54,621 nt of DNA, filler included, from Catajapyx aquilonaris (GCA_000934665.2; 3 parts of 3 records of this genome joined end to end with filler, not necessarily neighbours in it); one strand, 5' to 3'. Positions 24,652-38,354 are shown, counted from the whole stretch's first letter. Program-made: numbers and translations. The notes: a model not told the origin generated them from the letters alone.

Positions 24652-25723
24652 TGTGTCTATAACGCCTAACCATCACATCTTTCTGCCCAGGGGCCGTTCA
24701 GGAGCTCAAAAAATCATTTCTGCCTTTCCTTTCACCAATTTGCCAAACAACAATAAGGTTATTACTAGCCCACATCGCGGAGTAGAAAACCAGAAGCGGC
24801 CACAACGTCTTATGGGCATTTTCTGAACCATTCGCATTTCGGCATTTTTGTTAAGTCAAAAACGCTATGTACGCTTTAAAAACGAGCAGGGGGGAGGGAA
24901 TACAGAATAGTTTCTCCCATGCCCNCCCCCCCCCCCAAATGGAAATACGTTCCGCCGCCGCGCCGTTGCACAAGACGGACAGTAAAATAATGTTGGGGAT
25001 ACGAAACCCACAATAAGCCCCCAATAAGCTCCGCATTAACTAAAAATATCCTGCAGGGCGACGAACAGTGCCTGGCAGAGCCACTACAAAGGCCAGTACT
25101 GTTGCGGTATCATAACGCCATATAGCATCACTAACACAAAGCGCAACTCCCTGACCCAAGCAGACGAGCGCAATTTCATTTCATTGCTGCCAACTGAATC
25201 AGCAACCATAAGGCACTAACGAGGTACTAACGGGCACAAACGAAGCACAAACGAATGGCGCACTGAAAATTCAAATTTCTCAAGGTCGTTAGGCTGGCCC
25301 CAAAAAAGTAAAAATTAATATTTCGAGAACGGAAAGAGCACAAACTACGTGCTTTTTGGCCCAAACGGGCCCAAACGGGACCAAACGATTGACATGATCG
25401 AATAGGAAATTTGCGAAAGTGTTCGGGCCAACTTAACGGACGTCTTTCTCAACTGTAAAAGTCCTCAAGACGTAGCCGTAGGCTACATATCTTAGGAATA
25501 GTAGGCCTGCTGGCGAGAAAAGACTCAATGTACTCGGTCTGATGTACTATCGCTCAAAAAGACGGAGACGATTTTCACCATTTTGCAGTTGATTTCAATG
25601 CAAAATTGCCTCCATCTTTTTGATCGATAAAATACATTCAATGTAACCTACACTTATGTACTGAGGAAGTTCTAGATGATCTGGCTGACTAACCAAGGAA
25701 GCTAGACGTAAGACTGGAGTAGT

Positions 25724-25788
25724 AAAAATGTAGTAAATATTTAAAGTAAACCTGTAGCAGGTTTACTTTAAATATTTACTACATTTTT
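25724..25788. repeat. Perfect palindrome, 31-bp arms, 3-nt loop
   Basis: aaaaatgtagtaaatatttaaagtaaacctg-tag-caggtttactttaaatatttactacattttt. Confidence 0.95.
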
Positions 25789-25797
25789 GTTCTGGTA

Positions 25798-25973
25798 CAG
25801 TTGAATCCGGATATAACAGCCTCGGCTATACCAGACTTTCGATTATAACAGACTCGAATGACCGGTCCCCGTATACTTCCGTATATGGCCTGTGTATTCG
25901 GCTATAACAGACGTTGGTTATAACAGACCGATTTCCGCGGTCCCTTGAAATCTGTTATATCCTGATTCAGCTG
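25798..25973. mobile_element. pogo/Tigger-type MITE
   Basis: TA|CAGTTGAATCCGGATATAACAG ... CTGTTATATCCTGATTCAGCTG|TA, with internal repeats of tataacagac. Confidence 0.85.
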
Positions 25974-27009
25974 TATTTCATTTAGCCCTACTTATTAATT
26001 TATGAAAGATTTTGCTACTTTACATAGTCTACTTGATACGTATACAGTATAGACTATCCGGAATAAAAACAATACTGAAATTTATCCGTAATTTTATTGT
26101 GGACTCCGACAGGAAGTAATGTGATTTTCAAATTCAACTCTCTCTATACGGCCCTAACAGTTCTCACGTCTGACAAAATAACCCCCCCCCCCCCAAAAAA
26201 AAAAAAAAAAAAAAAACGCAAATTCTCCGTGCGCCATTGCCTATACAGTATAGGTAGAATCATGGATTCTAACTGGTTATAATATAGACCGACATGGCGA
26301 CCTGTATTATGAAATACAAAACTATGGTGTCTCAGTAATAATGCGCATGTGCAAATGTAGTTGTTTTTATTCAAAGAGTAAAAATATTTGGGTGCCCTGT
26401 GAACTCACGGCAGCACATGTGATCGGTTGTGATGGCAAGTGCATCATGAGAAGAATGGAAGGAGGCTAAATGCAGGCTGGAGCGGGCTTTAGAATGCTGA
26501 TGGCCGGATATAGATTGGGTCTCCATCGGACCAGATGGGGGACGAGGGAAGAGGCTATGTAGGTGGGTGGTGGGTGATCGATGCCCGATCGATGGGTTAC
26601 GTAATATGTTAGGAGTCCGCTTTATTCAGATCCACCTTTTGACTTTGAGCAGTGACTGGAATTCCAGAGAGCAAGTATGAGCACCCCTTTCCCCTCCAAG
26701 AGGGAGGTTGGAATGGAAAGGTGAAGTAGTGGAATATATATTGGATGGAAACGATGTTATATAATATCTAACCTTTCGTTTTGATATTACTTTGGGGTTC
26801 ATAGTGAGATATAACCTCCAGGGGACACCAGACATTATTGTGTAGGTTGGGTCACACGGTCTGCCTCTTGATAGGACAGATTCAAAACTACGTAGCTTGC
26901 AACGTCTGTATACAAACGTCTTGCACGTCCTTAACATTGCTCAGCAAATGTGGTGAGTCTTCCACCGATTTTTCACCCCAATTTTTTATTATTTTCGTTA
27001 TATTGTCGT

Positions 27010-27700
27010 ATGTAGCGGCAAACTTGTTAAAGTTTAGGGCGTAAGGCCGCTACAACGCTCAGGTAGGACCTGGTCAGGTTCCTACCCGTACGTACCCATA
27101 CGATCTTGCCACAATGATGAGAGTTCATCAGGGAAGCAGGACCAAAACACATAGGGTCTCAGACAATGTCAGTTTATTGAACCAGACAAGAATAACAGGT
27201 CAAGGGTATACACTGGTGTGGACATCTCACCCTCGATGTTCTAGATGGTTGGACTTCTAGTGAAACCAACGGCTTCCGTGTCGTCCAAGTGTCGTCCCTC
27301 CTGTCTGGTCTGGTCCTGGCCTACAGGACGGTTGGGACCGGCTGGTCCGGTCTTGGCTTCAGGCTTCAGTGTTGATGGCTTCTATTCACTACCCATGTAA
27401 CAATGCTAAGAGCGTCAAGCTCTTAGTACGAGACAAGACTAGTTAATCCTCTCTGAGTGTTAAGTCAGAGACCTCCCTTCTGAATTCAAGTCTCTGGGTG
27501 TTCCTCTGAGTGAATCCCCCCCGTTAGTGGACAATCCACCAGGAACCGGCAGTGAATGTCGTCAGAGTCCCAGGGCAATCACCCTCTAGGACTCACATGA
27601 CTTTACCAAATGGTACAGGACGTGTGGTCAAGGCATGAGGATGTGTCATCAGATACAGGGGTCGTTGGGTATATAGGCTGCCCGGGGGATTTACTGTGAT
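27010..27700 (-). mobile_element. Possible LTR remnant
   Basis: Begins TGTAGCGGC with nearby GCCGCTACA. Minus-strand AATAAA (~27173) and TATA-like CTATATA (~27670) are in LTR order. No second LTR or PBS found. Confidence 0.3.
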
Positions 27701-28381
27701 GCGGAAAAAATAGGTGTTCCAGACCGACGAAGCCGATTTTTATGTGTAGCTATAGGTTTTCGGCAAATAATAATTTTGTCAAAAATTTCTGATTTGTATG
27801 CTGGCGTGGTGTGGGAGAACTCTAATTTTCAAGGTTTTTATTGTGCCTCGAGGGAATGGTCAACAGAAACCGCGACCCTTCTTTTGTGTAGGGAGGGTGG
27901 GATCCAGTGTCTCCTCTTTCGGCCAGAGTTGGAACTCGAAGAAGGTACCAATTTTGTTGACCCCCACCTTAACGTAACAAATGGAGTAATGACCCAATGA
28001 AACAGTGTCAGATGCGGTCAGATGGCGTTTTCAACTAGAAAGGGGGCAGAAATGTTGTTAAACATGATATTTTGCAGAAACATGTGTTCTTTCAAGAATG
28101 TATAAGGGGAAAACGAGAGCATGGCGTTCCACCTTCCGTTGATAGAAATCCTTGCAGGATCTAATAATAGTCTAATTAGAGGATCGATTTTACCTGGAGT
28201 TTCAAAACCGTTTGAAGCTGATGAGGAGAGTCGCAAAATATTTTACTGATAAGAATGCTGTGGAGCTCAATGACATAGCAATAAGTCCACAACATTATGG
28301 TTGATTGGAGACTCTGAAGTCATGCCCGACCGTCGCCATTAAGCCGCATTTAAATTAGTCAGAAAGTAATGTCTCATAATC

Positions 28382-28416
<35 letters not shown>

Positions 28417-29365
28417 CCCTACTGTGATGGCGATTCCTCCCGCTGTGTGCGGCATACAGCATTGGAAGTGATGTCAAAATTTAGCCCGCGTGTCCTGTAT
28501 TTGCTATAACTTTTTTTTTTTTTTTTGAAATAGTGTCCTGGGAATTTATAAAACGCCGACCTCCTAAAAAACCAACCACCACAGAGTTCCCATAAACGCC
28601 GTTCCGGCCGTGGGCGCTACCTCCGCACCGTCTTACTTCGGCACTTCGCCGTCGGATGTCAAGCCCCCGTGATCAGAGTTGTCAAATAGTGCCATATTGA
28701 TAAAGATGATGTTAAAAGCATATTTTATTTTCACACACAGCAGTAAGCAGGTGTCATAAGGAACAGCATAGGCCAGAAATATGCTTTATGTAATAGATTA
28801 TGAATGCTACAATGTCAAGTAAGGTTAAAGCATCCAGGCTAGCAGGCAGGTGAAGTTTAATAAGAGTTGGGTCCAATCAAGCCGGCGGGAACCCCCTCTC
28901 CCCCATCCCCAGCTCCGAAAAGCAATCGATGTGGGGATGATTGCTCCCTTCCTGCCGCCACTCTATTTAAGAAACTCGGAAGCTTGTTTGATCATCCCGC
29001 CCTCCGCCATTCTCCTTTCCCCTATACCTTTCCACCTCCCGAAACCTCGATTCGCTCATCTGGAAATTAGTCATTGACTGATCCTTAACCCAGTCATCGA
29101 TCAGGAAGCGGAACAGGCATAAACCCTGTATCCTATACCCCACTGCTCCAGCTACTCCCCTTTCCGAGCCCCATCCAATCTATCGATGATTGCTGGCATT
29201 GGTGGTCGTGGGATAATCGGGCCACTAATTACTCGGTTACACAAATCATTCCCCTCATTACGGCATCTCTTGATCTACATTATCTCTGTATTTCTATACC
29301 CAGGCATACGTGCTGCACATTAATCCGGTTAGGACAAAATCCGGTGGTCCGATGCAGGACGTTAT

Positions 29366-29846
29366 AGGCGGTTTTCACTGCCCGCGTCGTGTGGCGATTA
29401 CGTGCCGCATGCAATCTTCATTTGGAAAAAGGTAGCCGCTTTGAGTACACCCTCCAGTGCCACGTGAAGGCACAGTGATCCTCGTCTCGGGCATTTGTGA
29501 CCACTCTGGAGGGCGGGGGAATTTTGGATGGTGGGGTGAAAATGGGGGGGGGGGGGGNGGGATTTTGAGTAATGGTGTGGAGGTGCCATCCGCACGAAAA
29601 AGATGGCTCGACTGCCTTTCTGTGTGGCCTTCTCGCGCCGTTCACTCGCACACGAGGCCCCCTAGACCCTCGCGTCTACGTCCGAGCGGAGGGAACGGCA
29701 CGAGAAACGAACGCTATTTTAACTGCACGGTGTTCGTGCGCTTCGCGGAACGACGCGTCGTGCCGCGAAGCGCACGAACACCGCGCAGTTAAAATAGTGT
29801 TCGTTTCTCACTGCCCGCGTCGCGACGCGGGCAGTGAAAACCGCCT
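29366..29846. mobile_element. PIF/Harbinger or ISL2EU-type MITE
   Basis: TIR aggcggttttcactgcccgcgtcg / cgacgcgggcagtgaaaaccgcct; flanks are compatible with an AT or TTA TSD; internal ~108-bp hairpin at 29702-29809. Confidence 0.85.
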
Positions 29847-31581
29847 ATTACGTGCAGAGGATTGGCTGCTTCTTACCGCATGTTGCTGGAAACGGATTAT
29901 TGCCTGGTTTCTCTTACCTTTTAACTGACCCTTAAGAGCTAGCGACAGTTCAAGTGCCATATCAACTCAAACTAAAGTTTGCTCTGAACTACCCATTAAA
30001 AATATTAGCGAAACTGAGTCTGCAGGGAAAGGTTAATGTCCCTATGAGAATCACTTTGACTGAATGAATGCTGGACATTTACGTTGTGTTTGTCCAAAGT
30101 TTCTATCATTCTCAAAGTGATCGTGATGTAACAGTTAGGGTGTTGGAACTAAACCATTGTTATTGTTGGCTCTGCACTGCTTCGCTGGCTGCACGCCTGC
30201 TGCCTACCTGCTTTGTTGCCTGCCTGGCTGATGCTGCCCTCTCGCGATATGTGCAAACAGCCGAACGTACACCATTGGAAACCATTCGCAACCGCTTTTG
30301 TGTGGAATTCACCCTGTCATCTCCCCCTTCTTTCTCCTCACCTCCATTCCCAACACACAAAAGAGCTGACTGTCACAACATATGTCTAGCTGGATGTACT
30401 TACGAACTCATTGCACGCAACACACGCAATCTGATGCACCCATGAATGAATCTGTGCAGCACTTCCTTGGAAGCACCACACTCATACTAAATTCTCAATA
30501 ATTATTGTCCCATTGGAGGGCTCTGTTGTAACTAATATATTCTGTGTGCGTGCCTGTAGAATACATTCGCTGTACGGTACCCTCAAATAAATGGTCCAAC
30601 ACGCAATCATTGGAGAATTTCAATACCGAAAAGACCCCCCCAATCTCTCTCTCCTTGCTGATCTATGCAAGGTAGGTGGTGGATCAGTCGTGCCAATCCT
30701 GATCAAAACAATTATGAGGTGAAAAGACATTAAAATTTTTCCGATTAACGCACTGGCAGAGAGGTTGACGAAGATGGAAAAATGGACATGCCTGTACCAG
30801 TTCATCCGTTTTGTCGCAATATTTCTGAGTTCGGAGTCCTGCTGGAAATGGATGCCAGGCACATGTCACGGTGAAAAGGTATGGCGGCAAAAATCCCTCT
30901 CCAATAATGGTGATCGACGTATACATCCAGTAAATTGATGCGAGACGGCCATAATTTAATCACACGTCATATCAACGTTAGACAGCCTATTTGCACCTCA
31001 GGCATAATGTTGTGCCTCTGAGACACATTCGTCTCGTTTACTTGCTCCCACCCTATTTTTCTATTCTTCCTCCATGCCGGTTGACCCGCGAAGCGGGGCA
31101 ACTGGCATGGCCCTGCGCACGCAGGGGATAGTATGGAATTGCTACCCTCCCAATGTTAATTTGCCGACTTCATAACTCGCGATCGGGATAGCCGATTTCA
31201 AATCGGAAACCAGATTTACACTCCGCCAACTCCAGTAACCAATTTTAGATAGATAAACAACAACTAGGGTCATTACCGGTGTCACTAGCCGGGGTCAAAG
31301 TTCAAAAATGTGTCGTTACTTCGACGCCAAAACTGTGCGTCGTAGAGGGTCATACAATGTGTCATTAGAACCCAAATGTTCCCACGAGGCGCCCTTCTGC
31401 CTACCGTTTTTTTGAAAAAGAAAAAAAAAACCTTTACTGTTTGAGTTACGAGGCGATTTCGATATCGTCAGTTTTGTGGCTCTCGCTCTCTTTCTGTACC
31501 ACAGAAATACGCACGACGTCGTGTTATTTAAAAAACCTAAAATTTCTTTACAGTACTTTATTATGATGAAAAGAATTAAAT

Positions 31582-31919
31582 AAAAATAGGCAGTCAAACT
31601 GCCGAAAATTATTCTTCCTCTGGGTGAGATTAAAAGTAAGAAACAAGTCCATAGGTGGGGGTTGGTTCGTGTCATGGGGATGTGTGATAATTAAATTTAA
31701 TTCAAAACATTCGTGCTTTGAGGCTGGGAAGAATTAGGCAGAGTATGAGAGTCGGAGTACATAAAAGAGATATCTGCCTAATTCTTCCCAGCCCCAAAGC
31801 ACGAATGTTTTCAATTAAATTTAATTATCACACATCCCCATGACACGAACCAACTTGTTTTTTACTTTGAATCTCACCCAGAGGAAGAATAGTTTTCGGC
31901 AGTTTTACTGCCTATTTTT
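31582..31919. mobile_element. Long palindromic MITE/foldback
   Basis: aaaaataggcagtcaaactgccgaaaattattcttcctctgggtgagatt...gaagaattaggcaga mirrored over about 150 bp, with a ~30-nt spacer. Confidence 0.85.
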
Positions 31920-32599
31920 TACTGTAGATTTTGTACTAACCATCGCGCATAGTAACTGCGGCGGCTTGCGCAAATTGATTCCCTTATTATAATTATACAG
32001 GATCGGGGGAAATGTGCTGCCTTCCTCTCCGATTGTAGGTTCTTGGCGTATCTAAAAATAAATTACATTGCCTTAGTTAATTTTGACAATTTCTGGTTCT
32101 ATGACGGAGATAATAATCCTAATTGCTGTTTTGATAGGTCTATTCATATGCATGATATGGTAGATATGTCCTGAGGCTTAGATCTAACACTCAAGTTGGG
32201 GTGGCACATTGTGCAGGATATTACCAATCATTCACTAGGGTAGATTATTAAATCGAAGGTGCTACTATTATCTTCACAATAATGCTCGAAATGGCCATAA
32301 TCAACTACATTAAATTTATTTTGTATTAGAATTATGCAGAAACACCTATATCTGACTCTGGACGAGCCATTTCCGTTAAATCACCAAAATCAGCGGTTCA
32401 CGCAGTGCTTCGCCATATACAAAGCACGTGCAAAGCACGAGATTCTAGAGCAAAAAAGATCCTGGCGACAACTGGCGGCCGCCCAGAGAACTGAAAAGCA
32501 TCGGACACAAAAAATGCCAGGCGGCTGGGGCAGGTTTCCTCTCCATCCTACTCCTCCGGGAAAGATGGCTGAGAATTGTGGCAATTTCTGCCCAGACCC

Positions 32600-32760
32600 G
32601 GGAGAGGCGCTGCTCTTTTGCGACATATTCGAATTGCCGAACTTTGACGGCTCGCCCTGGCCTTACCATTCGTCTATCAGAAAAACTGCGTATACCCCCG
32701 GAATCAGGATTCTTTGCCCGATATTTAAAGCCCAACTTGTATTTTGAGTGGAGTGCCCCT
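32600..32760 (-). mobile_element. Terminus of a TTAA-target (Kolobok/CryptonV-like) element; same family as 54278-54621
   Basis: ...cccaacttgtattttgagtggagtgcccct|TTAA is the inverted homologue of TTAA|agggacactccactcaaaatacaagttggg. The other end is not located. Confidence 0.7.
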
Positions 32761-32772
32761 TTAAGTGCAGTG

Positions 32773-32827
32773 GATGGCCTGGAAATCCTACAAAAGTAAT
32801 TTACTTTTGTAGGGTTTCCAGGCCATC
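32773..32827. repeat. Near-perfect short palindrome
   Basis: gatggcctggaaatcctacaaaagtaa-t-ttacttttgtagggtttccaggccatc. Confidence 0.9.
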
Positions 32828-32873
32828 GTCTTCAATATTTATAAGATAGAGATAGGCAAAGCCCGCACAATAA

Positions 32874-33054
32874 AGGCCCATTCACACAGGCCGTCGACGG
32901 TTTTGGTTTTGGTTTTGGTTTTGGTTTTGGACCAATCAGAGCGGGGCCTCACGGTAACCATGACGCGTTGTTTACGTGAGGGCCCGTTCTGATTGGTCCG
33001 CGGCGTTGACGAGACCAAAAACCAAAACCGTCGACGGCCTGTGTGAATGGGCCT
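32874..33054. mobile_element. PIF/Harbinger (Tourist-like) MITE
   Basis: TAA|AGGCCCATTCACACAGGCCGTCGACGGTTTTGG ... CCAAAACCGTCGACGGCCTGTGTGAATGGGCCT|TAA. Confidence 0.92.
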
Positions 33055-34939
33055 TAACGTTCCTTGGTCTGCGACGCAAAAGGCGGACCGTAATGGTGCG
33101 AATACAAATCCACAATGAGCGCCTAGCTCGCGTCTGGCGCAATCGTGAGCGAGGACCGGGGACTCTGTAAAAAAAGTGTCGGGGTTTGGGAATTCCGTCT
33201 TCCTTGTGCATGTGTAAACGGGATCAGGGAATGAGTTTAGGTAAACAGGTTCGAGTTGCGACGCTCCGAAATTTAATGCGTTTTCTCGCAATTGGCTGCA
33301 TTTTGTGTTACCGGATTGTTCCATAAACTCTGGAGATTTTTTGCGCATGGGGTAAATTTCACGGAAGTCAGGTACGTATATTAGCGATGTAGGTCCCCAG
33401 GGGCAGTAAATTCCTCTCCGCCCAGACGTCGTGTCGCATCGGCACGTTCACAGTCCCCCGACCACCCGATTCGACACAAGGACACATTCGCAGGCCCTTG
33501 GGGGTAGCCCCATCAATGTACAACCCAGACATCAGCTGTAAGCGAACCGCCTACCGCCCCATCGCACCTTGACACATGAACGCATCGCACACGGCCACGC
33601 GGAAATCCCGCACTGGATGAGACCCAATAGGCGGCCATGATGGATTCAGAGCCAATCAGACACCGCTCATCGGTCATTTTTGAGGTTAGGAGATATTTCA
33701 AAATGGTATCTTCTGCTTGCTTCCATTCTACATGGAAATTCGACTACAATTCTATTTCGAATTCAAACCTTCTTCCCCTGCCGTCCGTCACCAAGCGAAA
33801 CGCGGCCGAGTGCACGACACGGGGCAGCCTGGCCTACTCCGATGCCACTTCCCGTCACTGAACCAGCTCATATTTCGGTGACATTTTCTCTTCGATAAGG
33901 CTCACCAAGAGGTTACTTATATAGTCAGATCTCTTCCATAACTATGTCACGCTTGTTGAGCGTAGATTAAAGGCAGCGGGAATTTGGGGTAGGGCGTGAC
34001 GTGACGCTCAAATTGCCTTGCAAAACACATATCAGCGAATACTCAGCAGAGAATGATAAGTAGTCAATTGTGTGGGGAGAAAAACCGGGAGGGGGTTCAG
34101 TGTCATATGCCTAACATTGGCTTGACGTGAGGTGCGGGGGTCAAAAAAGGCGAAGGTCAGCCTGACGAATTTTATGGACGACCACTGCAAGAGGATGATT
34201 ATTATTCTTATGTAAAATATCAACCGAACATTTTTGCCCGATGCCAACTCGCCTTTTTCAAAATTCGTCAGGATAATTATTAATAAATGAGAAAATTGAT
34301 TTTTACACAAATTCCTAAGGAATACCGGTACGTGCATCTATTTTGATTATTGCTTTAAGATGATTGACAGTGACTACAGTTTACGCATGTCGTAATTTTT
34401 TTATACCCCAGTCGAGGCTACGTAAGTCGGGGGGGGGGGTGCCTGTATAATATTCTATTATTTTCAATAGCGACCTTTTTCACAAACCTTTGCATTCCAC
34501 TTCAGGACCCGTGTTGATGTACAGTATATTTTATCCAGTGCAGTGCCTGACTCGGTTTTCAGGAAGAGTCTATTAGATGACGTAGTTGTATAGCATTGTT
34601 GGTGCGGAATCAAGATAATTTTCATCTGTAAAACCTCATTAAACAAGTCACCCTGAACAGGTCAGTTAAAACATGTCTGGTTCATATTCTGAAGTCAAAG
34701 GTCACTCATCGGAAAGAATCAAGGAATTTGCTGGGAATGCAGCAAGGAAATACAGGGTTACTATAAAAGAAATAGACACTTTCAAAGCTTTATAGAAATC
34801 AAACATTATTGATATTAGTCAAAATACTTGCATGGTTTTTTACTTGATAATATTTTGTGTATGATATGTCTAAGTTTGTATGACTTACAAATTAATGTTT
34901 TCTTGAGCCATTTGTCATACGACAATATTAATTCAATAA

Positions 34940-35131
34940 TGTAGTGGCCCGGCAACGAGTGTTGTATGTTGTCAGGCCACCAGTCTGTTGTTGGTTGTTA
35001 GGGAGATGAGAGTTTTATTTGAAAGGGCATTGTTAGTTCTGACTGCCTTCTGGACAGACGTGTATTCCATTCTTGAATAGATTTCCTGCATTATTATCAT
35101 TCCTGACCTTGTCTGTTATTGAACCACTACA
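34940..35131 (+). mobile_element. 5' LTR of a Ty3/Gypsy-type retrotransposon (192 bp)
   Basis: TGTAGTGG...CCACTACA terminal IR, followed after 3 nt by a PBS. Confidence 0.8.
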
Positions 35132-35134
35132 AAT

Positions 35135-35149
35135 TGGTGTCAGAAGCGG
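35135..35149 (+). promoter_or_regulatory. Primer binding site (tRNA-Leu type)
   Basis: TGGTGTCAGAAGCGG directly after the LTR; resembles the common Leu PBS TGGTGTCAGAAGTGG. Confidence 0.8.
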
Positions 35150-35188
35150 TTTTGTGGAACCACACAGTAGGAGAGGGGGCAAAGGAAG

Positions 35189-36330
35189 ATGTCTTTCCTG
35201 GACCAGCTACGTTTCATCCTGGGGGTAGGAAAAAGTGGGAACGTCCAGACGACCAAGAAGAACGAAGACATGAATGGAATGACAACAAATACTGATGAGC
35301 AGGGGACCTTGGAACACGATGCCTCCATAATACCAAGTAGGTGGAGCGAGAGTGAGGGGGGGTCAATGTGGTGACTTCATTCCGCCAACGATGGTGCTGG
35401 ACGAGTCGGAGCAGGTTCCCCCGATACCAGTCCATAATGCTGTAGCCCAGGAGACTATACAAGGTGGCTTCCTTCCTGTTGAGGCATTTGTCACTATAGA
35501 GGAGATCCGGAAAGCTACAAGAGAGGAATTGTAGCGGATGCAGATGGCCGCAGATGAAGAACGTCGGAGCCACTACGAAGAGATGTCGGAGATGTCTCAG
35601 ATGCGTGTGATGGCGGAGGCAGATCGTCAGCGCTGTGAGGGGCTTCAGACACGGGTGAGAAACTTGGAAGAGGGGATGTTCCTGATGGCAAGGACTGTGG
35701 TTTCCCCAAACGCAAGTGGCATAGGTTTGCTATTGACACCCCCAAGTCGGAATCGAACAAGCCGGGCTACGCCAACAATATATTGGAGGCGAAGTGTCGT
35801 TGCCAGGCAACGGCTGTGGACACCAAAGAGTTCTGCTATTATATAATATAATACCTAGAGGAGGTACTCCCTATCCTTTTCCATTAGACAGGCTGAGGCA
35901 GCGGCCATCTTGTTGGCGGTAATATTGTTGTTCTAACAGTTGTCTAGCAACTGGGACAACAACCAATAATGACAACTGGGACGACAATTAGTTCAATAAT
36001 TTCAGGCGTCCGTCATCTTGTTGGAGGTAATATTGTTGCCTGCATTGTTGCCTGCCTCACATTTCAGCCTGAGTGCCTCCTCTAGGTATATAATTATATA
36101 TAATATAGCAGAACTCTTTGGTGGACACGGATCAACAAGGCAAGAAAGCCCAACAATAGGAGGTGAGGAGTTGTTGCCAGGCTCCCGCAAATTGGAGTTA
36201 ACCAAGTGTGAAACCTTTTCCGGGAAGCCAGATGAAGATATACTGGACTGGATCACGTCAATAGAAGAACGAGCGGCACAAGAAGGGGCGATTCCGCAAC
36301 TGTGGCACTTACAAGGGAAGTGTCTGTAGG
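35189..36330 (+). pseudogene. Degenerate gag of the LTR element (stops/frameshifts, MITE insertion; sequence ends near an assembly gap)
   Basis: Broken ORFs after the PBS; coiled-coil-like AEADRQRCEGLQTRVRNLEEG; capsid-like KCETFSGKPDEDILDWITSIEERA. Confidence 0.65.
35824..36120. mobile_element. P-superfamily-like MITE inserted in gag
   Basis: TIR CAAAGAGTTCTGCTAT ... ATAGCAGAACTCTTTG; perfect 8-bp TSD GTGGACAC at 35816-35823 and 36121-36128. Confidence 0.85.
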
Positions 36331-37829
36331 GCCATCGGCCAATCGGCCCGAAAATGACACTAGGGGTAAATCGCAGGCCAGAAATTCATTGGTGAAAGTA
36401 AAANNNNNNNNNNNNNNNNNNNNNNNNNNNNNNNNNNNNNNNNNNNNTTAATTAATTAANNNNNNNNNNNNNNNNNNNNNNNNNNNNNNNNNNNNNNNNN
36501 NNNTTTTTTAACCCACTAGAAGACGTACCCCTTCCACATCAATCTGCAGTTAAGTCAAGGTGTCATGGAGAAGCAGTGTTGCCAAATAACTAAGTAAAAA
36601 TCCCTTTGTTTCACTGCAAAGTTTAAAATAGTATCCTGATCCAGGAGACTAACATGAAAACTCGGGACACACTTTGGAGTGATGCAGCAAGGTCACGTGA
36701 AATTAATAAATCGTTTTTAAAATGTTGTTTTATACCTTCAACTATGTACAATTTAATTATAGTACTGAAACTTGTCTAATGTTATTCATAAAATTGTAAG
36801 AAAATATAGCATGCTTTAAAATGAGATCGGGACATGTCAAGAATAGTGATTTTAACCCCTTAGACATTTTTTGCAGTAAAACTAAATTTAATATTTTTAT
36901 TTGTTTTCATGGGGATGGCTAGGTGTCAACTGCTTCTCCAAATGTTTAAAATATCAACTCTCTCAGTCAGGCCATTTTTGAGTTATTATGCCGGGACATG
37001 GTATTGGTAAGTTTTTGGAGAATCACCCATATATATATATATTTAATATATATATAAAGCAAATAATTTGCCGGAAGTCCCATATGTGTACTTTTGTATC
37101 AATGTGTGTAAGCTAAAAATGGCATCCGAACAACCCCGGCTTTCTCTGAACCCAAATTGTGTTTTTGGGGAAATGTTGTTTTTTTCTGCCCAAGTCGCTA
37201 ACCGCCTCACTAATACAGAGGTAAAAAGCCAAATAAGATCTGAAATCTAATGCAGTTCACTATTGTTAAATTTTAATGTACATTTTAATGCAAGTTTTTC
37301 TGTAAATTTTCGCAAATTGTAAGATTTTTAAAAGCAAAAACAAGTATGGAAGGAAAAAATAGGAGGGGAGGGGGAGGGGGAAGCAATGCTCTGAATGCCC
37401 AAAGTCCCAACCCTACTCCAGCACTCGAACGTATCCCACTGGCCCCAGTCAAGTGTCTTGCCTCGAAACTAGGCAGTTATGTCTGACAGCACTGCGTTCA
37501 CCTGTAGACAAAAGGTGTTAATGATTCACGTAATTAAAGGAATTACCCCAAGCATAGGGTTTGGATTGAATATAAGTTTAAATGTTGGGTTTTCTATCAA
37601 TCAATTTCATAACCCATTTGCCAATTATTATTTGAAGAGCACATTATTGGACTTTATTCTCACATTGCGATTTGTCCTTACAATATTATAAACTGTTTTA
37701 AATTATGCTCACTATCTTCCAGTGGCTCCATAAGTTACGGAACGAGCAGCAGCTCTGCACTTCTGGCAACATATGCTGACATGGATACCTTGGTAAATGA
37801 CACCTATTGTATGTGAGATATAATTCTGG

Positions 37830-37900
37830 TCAGTGCCGGATTTACTCCACCAGCCGCCCTTAGGCAATTGAGGTCCGCCCCCCCCCCCCCCCCGAATGTC
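37830..37900. mobile_element. hAT-like MITE end
   Basis: CAGTGCCGGATTTAC...gccgcccttaggc; similar to cagcgccggatttac at ~51979. Confidence 0.4.
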
Positions 37901-38354
37901 GCTTAAAAATTCAATTTTTCTCTTGCGTTCTATGTGTCGTTAAACCAAGTAGAAATATAATAACAGGATCCTCTACATGGTTAGTAAAAGCAACTAATGT
38001 AGTTTAGGGCGATGACACTCAAAAAGTGATAAGGCTTAGTAGGCATACTTAATTTTAATTTGCTAAAGATTGAAATTTTGTTAACGGCCCTAATTAGGCC
38101 CATTTTTGAATGCTCTTTTTTTGTTACGAATGTGCTTGTGTTGAATTGACTTGTGAATTATGATGCAAATATGATGCAAGCTAGTTGTGAGCACTACATG
38201 TTGTGGAAATTAGTGTAGCCTCTAACCCATAGACTGTATTGAAACAAATAGGTACTGTACACAGGGTGAAGGGAAACTCGCGCCAAATCGCCAGGTAGAC
38301 TTGCAAAGTACTTGCAAAACTAATATATGGATGTGCAATTAGTTTTGGGCACCG

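Noticed and set aside
32890..32930. (GGTTTT)n as an interstitial telomere
   Set aside because: It is a short expansion of the subterminal motif inside a Harbinger MITE.
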